NCBI RefSeq assembly: GCF_002214165.1
Contig: NZ_CP019964.1
Coordinates: forward strand, 270,001 to 302,000
Source of the DNA: Candidatus Saccharimonadota bacterium
GTDB lineage: Archaea; Micrarchaeota; Micrarchaeia; Micrarchaeales; Micrarchaeaceae
Direction of reading: 5' to 3'
Length of the DNA stretch: 32,000 bases
Shown: positions 15,932-24,482 of the stretch, one piece after another
Position numbering within the stretch: position 1 is the stretch's first letter
Layout: each line of letters begins with the position of its first letter
Notes under the pieces: model-generated
Told to the model about the DNA's origin: nothing
Seen by the model: the letters and a program-made list of their open reading frames with translations, nothing else
Database searches by the model: none
Program-made: the position numbers and the translations under genes

Positions 15932-16009
15932 AGGATGTCACAAATAAAAACATGCCCAGCAGCAAATAATCCTTAATAATATATCCGCTATAAAATCTAT
16001 GTGATAGGT

Positions 16010-16261
16010 ATGGCATCAAAAACAAAATCTGCCGAAGGCAAATACAAATTAGTGGTTTACGATACATTTGAAGGCGAGTTCTATTCGCAAAAAGAGTACA
16101 AAACGAAAGAGGAAGCGTTAAAATCAGCAAAAGATAAATTAAAGGAGTTGGAAAGACTGCAGCCATCCAGCCATTCTGGAGGACAGGACTACATTGGGAT
16201 ACAGGACAGGGTTTTCATACAATACCCTGATGGCAGGATGATAAGGATTAAGCCGGAATAA
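16010..16261 (+). CDS. Hypothetical small protein (83 aa)
   Basis: MASKTKSAEGKYKLVVYDTFEGEFYSQKEYKTKEEALKSAKDKLKELERLQPSSHSGGQDYIGIQDRVFIQYPDGRMIRIKPE. No family recognised. The composition is plausible for a coding region. Confidence 0.4.
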   Translation: MASKTKSAEGKYKLVVYDTFEGEFYSQKEYKTKEEALKSAKDKLKELERLQPSSHSGGQDYIGIQDRVFIQYPDGRMIRIKPE

Positions 16262-16399
16262 GCCCAAACCTGAAGATGCTGCGGAAGCTTAGTATATGTA
16301 AGTAAAGTGGTTTCTAAACTTAATTATCATTGATAAAGCAAAAGGCAGTAAACAGAAATAATTATATATTTGGTTTATGATAATATAATAGGTGGATCT

Positions 16400-17617
16400 A
16401 TGGCGTTCTTAAATAAATCTGATAATTCTTATAGGCATACTGAAAATTTATCTGAAAAAGTCCAAAAGAAGCAAACAGATGTATTAGCAAGATATGAGAC
16501 TGCTGATCAGCAGATAAACCTTTTAGGTTCAAAGAACATCGCGAGCATACTGAAAATAAAATCCAATGATGAAAGGGTTTATGAAGTACTAGCGAGATCT
16601 AAATCAGTCAATGTACAATCCAAACTTTTCGATACTATCATTTCAAAATCACCCGATTTACTGGAAAAGGCAATTCCAATTCTTATAGAAAAAGGAAGAA
16701 AAGAGATAATGGAAAAGATTTGGGAGTATATAAAGAGAACAGATGATCCATCAAATCCAAAATTACTTAAATCGGGCAAAGAGGAAAGTATTGCTTATTT
16801 ATTATTGGCCAAGGATACCGAAACCAGCAAGAAGATTGCCATAGATATGCTTGATTGGCTAAAAGACAAGTCAGTGCTGGAAACCTATAAAACGGAGCAC
16901 AAAGTTTCAGAATTTAACTATTTCAGTCAAAAAGAACTTATGAATTTACACGGAGAAAATAGGAACATATATAAAACATATTTAATAAACCAAATTGCTC
17001 GTATGGGGGATGAAGAAAAATTGACACTTTTAAAAGCTATTGACCGTCTTAAGGCCTATGATTTATTTTGGACAGAAGACAAAGTAAAGACTAAAACCTA
17101 TTATGATGACAAGTCACCTTTAAGGACCCGCTATATGTATGAACCTCTTTATTCAATTATAGCAGGCACAGGGAATAGAGATGTGCTACTGAAATTTTTA
17201 GATATAATAAAGAAAACAGATATAGGGAGCACTTTAATCCAAGCAAAGCTGCTAGATGGAGCTTATCATTCAATATTCTCTTATTCTTCTATTGAAGAAC
17301 TAGCTCCATTAATATTAATCGCAAGCCACTGGTTAAAAATAGAGGACGAAGCATGTGATACAATAATAGGGTTTGCAAGGGAATCTCCTTCAATCCTAAG
17401 CCTTAAAGTAAATAAATCTCCAGAGTTAACCGTAGAAACCACCGCAGATCTTATTGCTATTATAGGTGGAGAAGAAATGCAAAAAAAGCTGGTTAAGTTA
17501 GTCAAGATACCTGGTGCTGTTGAATCTGTAACCAAAGCAATAAATAAATATGGAACTGATGAAGCCAAGGTAGAGCTTAAGAAGTCGCTTGAATCTGTTG
17601 GGCTTTTTAGAAGATAA
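16400..17617 (+). CDS. Hypothetical protein, probably an alpha-helical repeat protein
   Basis: 405 aa from ATG 16400, which is preceded by an AGGTGGA SD. The track start TTG 16370 adds 10 codons. No catalytic motif recognised. Confidence 0.55.
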   Translation: MAFLNKSDNSYRHTENLSEKVQKKQTDVLARYETADQQINLLGSKNIASILKIKSNDERVYEVLARSKSVNVQSKLFDTIISKSPDLLEKAIPILIEKGRKEIMEKIWEYIKRTDDPSNPKLLKSGKEESIAYLLLAKDTETSKKIAIDMLDWLKDKSVLETYKTEHKVSEFNYFSQKELMNLHGENRNIYKTYLINQIARMGDEEKLTLLKAIDRLKAYDLFWTEDKVKTKTYYDDKSPLRTRYMYEPLYSIIAGTGNRDVLLKFLDIIKKTDIGSTLIQAKLLDGAYHSIFSYSSIEELAPLILIASHWLKIEDEACDTIIGFARESPSILSLKVNKSPELTVETTADLIAIIGGEEMQKKLVKLVKIPGAVESVTKAINKYGTDEAKVELKKSLESVGLFRR

Positions 17618-17804
17618 TGCCATAATCCCAGGCACTCTTTTAACAAAGTTTATATGCAATTTGCAGTGAGATTACTATGTATCTTTAAATGTAACAGGTT
17701 TTACCAAACAATAATAAATCCGCTTTCTTTGTTTTCTCATCAGCAATGGAAACTATTAATTACCCAAAAGTAATACTGCAACTATTACAACTCTATTATT
17801 ACTT

Positions 17805-19166
17805 TTAGGGTGATATACGATTCATAGTTCTTGGGAACGGTATTGCATCCCTGATGCTGTCAAGCTTTAGGATCCAGCGGACAACTCTCTCAGACCCTAT
17901 GCCAAATCCGGAATGTGGAATGCTTCCATATTTACGCAGATCTATATACCATTGGTAATCTTCTTCTTTCAAGTTCTGTTCCTTGATTCTTCCCATCAAT
18001 TCATCGTAATCAGATACACGTTCACTGCCTCCAAAAATCTCTCCTATACCCTCAGGAGCCAAGAGATCTGCATCTAACACTGTCCTTGGATCATCAGGAT
18101 TAATCCGCATATAGAAAGCTCTTATCTCCTTAGGCTGGTTAGTTAGGAATACTGGCTGCTTCCTATCTTGCATAAGCGCTTTTTCTTCATCCATACCAAG
18201 CCCATCAGACCATTTAACATCCAAGCCTTTTTCCTTGAGTATATCAAGCGCTTTTTCGTATTTCATACGCTCAAATGGGGTTTGTATATCAAGTAGATCT
18301 TGTGGATCCCTTCCAAACCTTTTAAGTATGTCCGGGTGGTTTTTGGCTTCACTATGGGCCACGTGTTCTAGTATCTGTTCCTGCAGTTTCATATTCATAT
18401 CTTGGTTATAAAATGCCATCTCCGCTTCCAATTGCCAGAATTCAGCCAAATGTCGGGGAGTACGGCTTGGCTCCGCCCTGAAAGATGGTGCAAAACCATA
18501 AACCAAGGGATAACCATTGATTACAGCTTCCAAATAAAGCTGCCCGCTCTGTGATAGGTATGCTTTGCGGTCAAAATAATTTACTTCGAATAAAGTAGCT
18601 CCCCCTTCTGCTGCGGAGCCTGTGATTAATGGAGGTTGAACTTCAAGGAAACCCTTTTCATCAAGAAATCCTCTAATATCATTAATTACAGAGGCCTTTA
18701 ATTTTAATATATCAATCATTTTTGGGGAACGAATCCAAAGATGACGCATATCGAGAAGAAACTCTGTGCTTTGATCCTTAGTTATGGGGAAGGGCTCACC
18801 TTTAAAAGCAACGCCAAACTCCCTTACCTGGACTTCTATTCCATCCGGAGCCCTATCATCTTCCCTTACCTCTCCTATCAGATTTACTACCGAATCTATA
18901 TACAAGTCGTTTGCCGATTCCCATTCATCCGGTTTTACATTATCCTTATTTACTGAGCATTGTACAATCCCTGTTCCATCACGCAAAACAACAAATGCCA
19001 TATTACCTGTTCTGCGATGTCTATATACCCATCCGCGCAAAAATACTTCTTCACCAATCTTTTTCCTTAAATCCGATACAGATGTAGCATACTTCTCGGA
19101 ATGCTCCAGGCCTTTTTCCAATAAGCTGCTTAAATGTACAGACTTTAAAGATTTTTCATCTTTCAT
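17805..19166 (-). CDS. asnS: Asparagine--tRNA ligase (class IIb aaRS)
   Basis: OB-fold N-domain (FLRGWVYRHRRTGNMAFVVLRDGTG). Motif 2 FRAEPSRTPRHLAEFWQLEAEMAF resembles AsnRS (FRAEnSnTsRHLaEFWM.E.E.AF) more than archaeal AspRS. Motif 3 is GFGIGSERVVRWI...IPFPR. ATG 19166 (MKDEKS..) is preferred over the track start 19217. Confidence 0.8.
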   Translation of the reverse strand: MKDEKSLKSVHLSSLLEKGLEHSEKYATSVSDLRKKIGEEVFLRGWVYRHRRTGNMAFVVLRDGTGIVQCSVNKDNVKPDEWESANDLYIDSVVNLIGEVREDDRAPDGIEVQVREFGVAFKGEPFPITKDQSTEFLLDMRHLWIRSPKMIDILKLKASVINDIRGFLDEKGFLEVQPPLITGSAAEGGATLFEVNYFDRKAYLSQSGQLYLEAVINGYPLVYGFAPSFRAEPSRTPRHLAEFWQLEAEMAFYNQDMNMKLQEQILEHVAHSEAKNHPDILKRFGRDPQDLLDIQTPFERMKYEKALDILKEKGLDVKWSDGLGMDEEKALMQDRKQPVFLTNQPKEIRAFYMRINPDDPRTVLDADLLAPEGIGEIFGGSERVSDYDELMGRIKEQNLKEEDYQWYIDLRKYGSIPHSGFGIGSERVVRWILKLDSIRDAIPFPRTMNRISP

Positions 19167-19363
19167 GTCCACCACAAAGATAATTAAAACTAGTTGATAT
19201 AAAAGTTTTATGTACAATCCCTTTCAAGCAATTAATAGAAAATACGATACCCAATTATTCAGATTGTAAATCCCTTATCATACAGCAATAAAGAATTGTA
19301 TCATTTGGAAAGTGGCAAATATTGCAATGCTGTACCTATCCAATTATTTTTGCAGCATTAATT

Positions 19364-19909
19364 TTAAAGGAAATCAGATTTTGTAAGGATGCCAAAAAGC
19401 CTGCCATCTTTTACAACCAGTATTGCTTGTACATTCCTGACAACTTGGCGTGCCTTTTCAAGATCCTCATCAGGCCCGACAATTGCATAGGAGAATTCAA
19501 TCGCTTCATCGCATGTAACTGCATCAGGGTTATCCAGTATGCTCTTTTCCGTAACCAAGCCCGTTATCCTGCCGTCCCTGTCAACTATTGGAAGCTGCGA
19601 TATGTCATTTTTCTTCATTATCTCCCTTGCCCTTGATATCGTATCTACCGGAGACACACTTATCACGTTTCTTATCATTTTTAAGCTTACCGATTTTGGC
19701 GTGCCTTTTGCTACTATAAGCTTATTGAGCGCATCCAACACACCATAAACCATATTATAGCTAGGTTTCAGCCTATCATTCTCAAGCTTCGACATAGCTG
19801 AAGGGCTTATCTTGCTGGCTCTGGCAAGTTCGGAAGATTTTATCTTATGCTTCTGCCTTGCGGTGCGTATCTCGTAAGTAATCTCTTTCAATTCAGGTAT
19901 AGTTAGCAT
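19364..19909 (-). CDS. XRE-type HTH plus tandem CBS-domain regulator (COG3620-like)
   Basis: MLTIPELKEITYEIRTARQKHKIKSSELARASKISPSAMSKLENDRLKPS (HTH), followed by two CBS motifs (..VSPVDTISRAREIMKKNDISQLPIVD.., ..ILVVKDGRLFGILTKSD). ATG 19909 is preferred over GTG 19918. Confidence 0.75.
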   Translation of the reverse strand: MLTIPELKEITYEIRTARQKHKIKSSELARASKISPSAMSKLENDRLKPSYNMVYGVLDALNKLIVAKGTPKSVSLKMIRNVISVSPVDTISRAREIMKKNDISQLPIVDRDGRITGLVTEKSILDNPDAVTCDEAIEFSYAIVGPDEDLEKARQVVRNVQAILVVKDGRLFGILTKSDFL

Positions 19910-19921
19910 ACATATCACAAT

Positions 19922-19946
19922 AAATATTTCCTATAAAGAAATATTT
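19922..19946. promoter_or_regulatory. Inverted repeat AAATATTTC-N7-GAAATATTT bracketing a TATA box (CTATAAA), about 25 nt upstream of the HTH-CBS start; candidate operator/promoter
   Basis: Perfect 9-bp arms (19922..19930 and 19938..19946) read directly. The spacer reads TTTATAG on the gene strand. Confidence 0.4.
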
Positions 19947-19978
19947 GTCACAAGTATTTATATTTAGTAAAATATATA

Positions 19979-20542
19979 ATGCTATATGTGATTGAAATGG
20001 CAGAAAAAAATACCTTGGAAGACTTGATTGGTAAATTGTCTGATTTCATGGACAAAGGAACTGAAGAAACGCCTTATAAGCCAATGACGGAATTTTTGAA
20101 GAAAAAGATAGCAAATGCCAACTTCAAGAAAAAGTCAGACAGAGAATATATATTGGGATTATGCAAGGTGGAGAATGCAGCATACAAGTATCAGGTAAAG
20201 GGGGAATCAACAGGTTTCTATGGCAGCTATGTATTCCTTCATCCCGAAGAATATGGGCCTTACAGGAAAGAATTTTTCGAGATACTGAAAGAGCTAAGCT
20301 ACCAAGATTACCTTAAAGTTGTGACAATGGAGCTGTTTGATCCTTCGCAATACGGGCCAGGCAAGCAGTGGGAGCCATTTAAGCTAGAGGATTTCAATGA
20401 AAATGACCAAGCTTTTATTAAGCGCAACCTGGCAAGATGGCATGCACAAGAGAGATACAAGGAGCGGCAGAAAAAAGCAGAGAAAAAAACGGAATTTGAT
20501 AAATTACGCAAATGGTGGATAGACAATGGTGGAAAGCCTTGA
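19979..20542 (+). CDS. Hypothetical protein (187 aa; 181 aa if ATG 19997 is used)
   Basis: The coding texture is good (..FYGSYVFLHPEEYGPYRKEFFEILKELSYQDYLKV..). The C-terminus is a basic helix. No family recognised. Confidence 0.5.
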   Translation: MLYVIEMAEKNTLEDLIGKLSDFMDKGTEETPYKPMTEFLKKKIANANFKKKSDREYILGLCKVENAAYKYQVKGESTGFYGSYVFLHPEEYGPYRKEFFEILKELSYQDYLKVVTMELFDPSQYGPGKQWEPFKLEDFNENDQAFIKRNLARWHAQERYKERQKKAEKKTEFDKLRKWWIDNGGKP

Positions 20543-20801
20543 ATCCATAGAATAATAAAGCAGATATAACGAAATAACTATATTAAATAAAGTCTGACTT
20601 TCAATAACCATTTGCTATTTTTCTATTTGGTGTTATTTTCCTGCTATTGTTATAATCTATGGCTTCCAAATCTATATGCATTTTAATAGCTCATTGCATT
20701 ACCATTCAATCGCCATTACAAACGAGTAATCATTTTCTGTTTAATTAGTGCAACGTTTTCTGCATTTGAGACTATATCCAATTTAATTGAAAGTAATTCA
20801 T

Positions 20802-21278
20802 TCAGACTACTGCTTTTAATACATTCCTAGGGAATACCTCTGTGATCAGTACGAAAAGCCCCTCGCCTTCAATGCTGTAGTTCCTGGATATTACACTTTC
20901 ATCTGCATAAACATCGATTATCTGCCTCTTTTGGGCTATATGCAGGGCGTTTATAGCCTGGCCGATACCCATGCCTTTTTCCCTCATAATCGCGATGAAC
21001 TGGTCTGAATTACCTCCAATTGGTATGACAGATTCCGCAAAGTAAACCGTAGCACGCATTCCGTTGGCTTTCTCAGTATAAATTCGTACCTGGCGCATAA
21101 TAACACCAGATATTTCATGCTGTGCGATAACCTCAACTTTAACAGGCAAATTTAGTATTTCTGACACCTTCGCCTGCGTCATACCTTCGTTGAGAAGTAT
21201 TTCCCTCTCAGTAGGTGTAAGTTTAGAAGATAAGTCGCCAAGAATTTTCTCAGACCCTGAAGCAGCAGATTCCACCAT
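20802..21278 (-). CDS. DUF98 / chorismate pyruvate-lyase-fold (UTRA-like) protein
   Basis: LTPTEREILLNEGMTQAKVSEIL... and the C-terminal RNYSIEGEGLFVLITEVFP resemble the LTPxQRILLxTDGSVT ... RxYxIxxxGxPLxxIxExFP pattern of the family. Confidence 0.45.
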   Translation of the reverse strand: MVESAASGSEKILGDLSSKLTPTEREILLNEGMTQAKVSEILNLPVKVEVIAQHEISGVIMRQVRIYTEKANGMRATVYFAESVIPIGGNSDQFIAIMREKGMGIGQAINALHIAQKRQIIDVYADESVISRNYSIEGEGLFVLITEVFPRNVLKAVV

Positions 21279-21619
21279 TTTATCATCCAGTATAATTCCT
21301 GTAAAAAACTTTTAAATGTTCGTAAGTATGCGGGCATTAATCCTTAACAGCAGATTTTATTGGAAAATAAAGTTATATTCCTCTTAATATTAGAATAGCT
21401 ATGTTATAGTCATTTTAGGTGCTCTCGGTATAAGTTCAGATGCTTCAAGGTATTTATTATGCGTCCTTACTTGTCATTGGCAAAATTGTAAGGCACCAGA
21501 TTATAGGATTTTTGAGATTCTATTCTGAATATTTAAGCTTAAGATTTTTCATAAAGCTAATTTTATAAATATCTAAATATAAGAGCTTAAATAAGTAAAT
21601 CAAGATACTAGTGTTTTAA

Positions 21620-22582
21620 ATGAAAATTACAATAGATCCGCGAATAGAACTGCTGATGTCTATAGAGCTTCAAAATGATCTTACCAATCCAGGCTTCGCA
21701 GGTTTAACGAAAGTTGAAACCACTTACAAAAAGCAGTTCATCGATTATTTTTCTTCTTATAAAAATTCTGAATCAACAAAACATTATTTGAAAATATGCA
21801 ACGGCAGTTGTTCTATGGATTTTTCTGCTGCAACAATCTTTCATCTTTCCAATCCTCCAGATTTAAAGGTAGTGCGACCTTTTGACAGATATGGAAGGCA
21901 ATACCAGTCATTTATAAAAATACTTAGGGATTTTGCAGTTGAAACCGATTTTATGGCCTTTTTTGTAAAATATAAGGGAATGTTTCAGAAGGTAACAGAA
22001 TCTGCAAGAAAAGAACTAAAAAGTAAAGACATAGTTCTGCCTATAGAAAGTTATTATGGAATGGGTCTAAATAGCTACAACATTATTCTTTCCCCATTAT
22101 TTAGAGAAGGAGGAAATGGATTTAGGATCAATTCCATAAAAAATTGGTATGATGGGTATGCAATTGTCGGACCTACCAAAGTAAAGAATGGTTTGCCATA
22201 TTTTGACTCACGGCTTGTCGGTACGTTATGGCACGAATTTGGGCACCATTTTGTTGAGCCTATAACAGAACAGCATACTGCTGCGCTTAGGCGGAAATTT
22301 TCAAAGGTCAAACTTTCATTATGGGGCTACCCTATTTGGCAGAACGTAATAAATGAATATATAATACGAGCTATATCTAACAGAATTGAATTTCGCGTGA
22401 AAGGAGAAGAGAATACTGTGCTAAAATGGATAAGAGAAGAAGAAAAGGGTGGTTTCGTCCATATGAGGGAGTTATATGACTATCTAAAGATATATGAAGA
22501 TAATAGAGACATTTATCCCACATTGATAGAATTTTATCCGGAAATCATCAAAGAATTGGAACGCTTACTACTTAACAAATAG
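21620..22582 (+). CDS. DUF4932-like protein with an HExxH motif (putative zinc metallopeptidase fold)
   Basis: 320 aa. TLWHEFGHHFVEP is the HExxH motif. The overall layout (N-terminal IDPRIELL... helical region) resembles DUF4932. Confidence 0.55.
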   Translation: MKITIDPRIELLMSIELQNDLTNPGFAGLTKVETTYKKQFIDYFSSYKNSESTKHYLKICNGSCSMDFSAATIFHLSNPPDLKVVRPFDRYGRQYQSFIKILRDFAVETDFMAFFVKYKGMFQKVTESARKELKSKDIVLPIESYYGMGLNSYNIILSPLFREGGNGFRINSIKNWYDGYAIVGPTKVKNGLPYFDSRLVGTLWHEFGHHFVEPITEQHTAALRRKFSKVKLSLWGYPIWQNVINEYIIRAISNRIEFRVKGEENTVLKWIREEEKGGFVHMRELYDYLKIYEDNRDIYPTLIEFYPEIIKELERLLLNK

Positions 22583-22674
22583 TCTATTTTGTTTTCTCTA
22601 AAAACTTTTGGCGATGGAATAATACGCACATCAATTGAAAGGAATAGAAAAATGCAACAAACAATCCACACGCA

Positions 22675-22763
22675 AGCCCTGAGAGGGGGTTGGACCCTCG
22701 ACCTCCTGTTTTCCTGTTTTGTCCTATTACAAGACAGGCGCTCTGCCACTGAGCTACCAGGGC
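22675..22763 (-). tRNA. tRNA-Thr (anticodon UGU) with a 17-nt intron at the canonical 37/38 position
   Basis: Minus strand: GCCCTGG TA GCTC AGTGGCA GAGC G CCTGT CTTGTA[ATAGGACAAAACAGGAA]A ACAGG AGGTC GAGGG TCCAACC CCCTC TCAGGGC T. The cloverleaf stems all pair (one G7:U66). A BHB can be drawn: 4-bp helix C32-G35 with intron CAGG, flanked by the 3-nt bulges UA|A and AA|A. No CCA is encoded. Confidence 0.8.
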
Positions 22764-22838
22764 CTGATAACATTCATATATTTATTGAGAATACTTTTAA
22801 AGATTTATCTATTTTGTGTGCAATTTCAATCCTTGCTT

Positions 22839-24425
22839 CTAATTGCCTAGGAAAAACCTTGCGTACCTTGCAACTGCATCTGTTGCGAATTTTATCTTTT
22901 TATACCTTTTCCCTATCCTCTCTATAAATTGCACATTCTCGGAATCGACACCTTTGAGGAAAACCGCTATAGGTATGAATATAACCAATGCCAATACAAG
23001 GTTTGCCAATATAGAGATGTAAGAATAATGGAGGAATGCTGTTATCGCGTACCCTATTGCAAAAAGGATCACCGCGGATATCGAAATCAAAAGCAGCTTG
23101 CTCAACTTCACGTTCATCTTGAATTCATTGCGGAGTGCAATCACGTATATAAAAGAGAACAGTACTGGGCCTATTACGAAAAGGGAAAGCAACACCCCAT
23201 ATACCTTGAATATCGGGGTGAGCACAAGAAGCATCGACAATTCTATAACCAAAGTCAAAAGCTGGTACTTCATGAAGGATTTCGTCTTTCCATATCCTAC
23301 CATAAGCTGCCCCGAAAGCACGCCTATGATGTTTATGAACAGCCCGAGCACTATGAATGAGAAGAATATATAGGAATCATGGTACGAGCTTGAGAAAAGA
23401 AGGTACATCAAAGGCTTTGACACAGATATAAGGTAAGCGGTCAAAGGGGCAAGGAACAGGAAGGAGTAATATATGCTTCCGTTGAATACCCGGCTTATGC
23501 TCTCCCTTCTTTCCTTGTTGGATATCACGCTTGAAAATGCGGGCAAGAGGACAAATGACAGGGATGCGGTTATCACCTCTATTATCCTTCCGAACCTGAA
23601 TGCAACTCCATAGCTTCCCACTATTGACGGAGATACAAAGATTGCAAGGAAAGTTATCGCAAAGCTTGTCAACCCAAGGTAAACCAAATTCGATACCAAT
23701 ATAGGTGTTGAGAAATTGAACAAACCTCTAAGTCTTGACCTTGGCTGGAAAGAGAATCTGTAATGCACGAACTTTACGATGTAGTATATTGATATGATCG
23801 AGCCTATCACAAGGCTGATTGCTATCCCAATCAATGCACCTATTATCCCGTATCCAAGAAGTACAAGTATAAGTACAGCTGCAGCTTGTGATATAGAATA
23901 CGCGATATTTATGTAAGATGCGTGCTTCACCTTGTTTATCCCAAATAATACTGCCGATGTAACTCCGTAAATCACAGTCAATAATACTATGATGGAGCTA
24001 GCTATGAACGGAATGTAAAGCAAAGGCTCATGGTAAATAGAGTAAGCGATATACCTGCTGAAGACTATGCCTATAACCATCAATATGAACCCTATAAGAA
24101 AAGAGATTGTTATTCCAGAGCTGATTATGTTTGATTTCTCCTTCAGCGATACTCCTATCTCCGCCAGCTTCTTCCTAAAGGTTGTGCCCACTCCGAAGTT
24201 GCCCCCAGCACCCAATAAAGTGGAGAATGCTATTACAATAGTGTAAAATCCATAATATTCAGGCTTGAGTATCCTTGCCAAGAATATCAGTATTATTATT
24301 ATTACCAGTGAGCTCAGCACTTTGCTCGATATGTAAAGCATACTGTTCTTAGCAGTAGCTACACCTATGCCTTCTTCATCTTCATAGCTCTCTAAAGTCG
24401 AGTCTTCAGCAATCGCCGAAATCAC
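22839..24425 (-). CDS. MOP-superfamily polysaccharide/oligosaccharide flippase (Wzx-like)
   Basis: 528 aa with roughly 14 predicted TM helices. The N-terminal region ..KNSMLYISSKVLSSLV...ARILKPEYYGFYTIV.. is typical of polysaccharide biosynthesis (Wzx) proteins. GTG start. Confidence 0.75.
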   Translation of the reverse strand: MISAIAEDSTLESYEDEEGIGVATAKNSMLYISSKVLSSLVIIIILIFLARILKPEYYGFYTIVIAFSTLLGAGGNFGVGTTFRKKLAEIGVSLKEKSNIISSGITISFLIGFILMVIGIVFSRYIAYSIYHEPLLYIPFIASSIIVLLTVIYGVTSAVLFGINKVKHASYINIAYSISQAAAVLILVLLGYGIIGALIGIAISLVIGSIISIYYIVKFVHYRFSFQPRSRLRGLFNFSTPILVSNLVYLGLTSFAITFLAIFVSPSIVGSYGVAFRFGRIIEVITASLSFVLLPAFSSVISNKERRESISRVFNGSIYYSFLFLAPLTAYLISVSKPLMYLLFSSSYHDSYIFFSFIVLGLFINIIGVLSGQLMVGYGKTKSFMKYQLLTLVIELSMLLVLTPIFKVYGVLLSLFVIGPVLFSFIYVIALRNEFKMNVKLSKLLLISISAVILFAIGYAITAFLHYSYISILANLVLALVIFIPIAVFLKGVDSENVQFIERIGKRYKKIKFATDAVARYARFFLGN

Positions 24426-24482
24426 CTTAAAAACATTATCTTAAATTCTACTTATAAAAATAAAAAGATGACACTGTGCAGT

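Larger units (their letters stand above)
15328..15941 (+). mobile_element. Miniature IS200/IS605-family element (internal-deletion derivative of a TnpB-only IS)
   Basis: LE hairpin 15332..15352 CCCAC-A-CGC-TTTA-GCG-GTGGG. RE hairpin 15911..15931 CCCAC-A-CCG-TTTA-CGG-GTGGG, then AGGATGTCAC ending at 15941. The element is 614 bp against 1347 bp for copy 1. The left boundary is uncertain (it could begin near 15316). Confidence 0.8.

Noticed and set aside
9722-15941. Search for a tnpA (Y1/HUH transposase) or a CRISPR array associated with the TnpB elements
   Set aside because: No ORF with HUH/Y motifs lies next to either element. No spaced direct-repeat array exists anywhere in the window. Both elements are TnpB-only.
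19325-19359. 7-bp inverted repeat AATGCTG-N21-CAGCATT just downstream of the HTH-CBS gene, considered as a terminator hairpin
   Set aside because: The loop is long and no adjacent oligo-T run lies on the gene strand. Archaeal termination does not need hairpins, so support is weak.
21418-21497. G/C-containing complementary segments (GGTGC...GCACC and CCTTAC-N17-GTAAGG) in the 341-bp intergenic region upstream of the DUF4932-like gene, considered as a structured ncRNA
   Set aside because: The stems are only 5-6 bp, with a large asymmetric interior. I can assess neither covariation nor promoter/terminator signals, so the evidence is insufficient without folding statistics or RNA-seq.
22534-22927. 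Two overlapping ORFs (79 aa on the minus strand, 112 aa on the plus strand) between the DUF4932-like gene and the flippase gene
   Set aside because: Both overlap the tRNA-Thr gene and its flanks, have low-complexity products and lack any start context. They are spurious.
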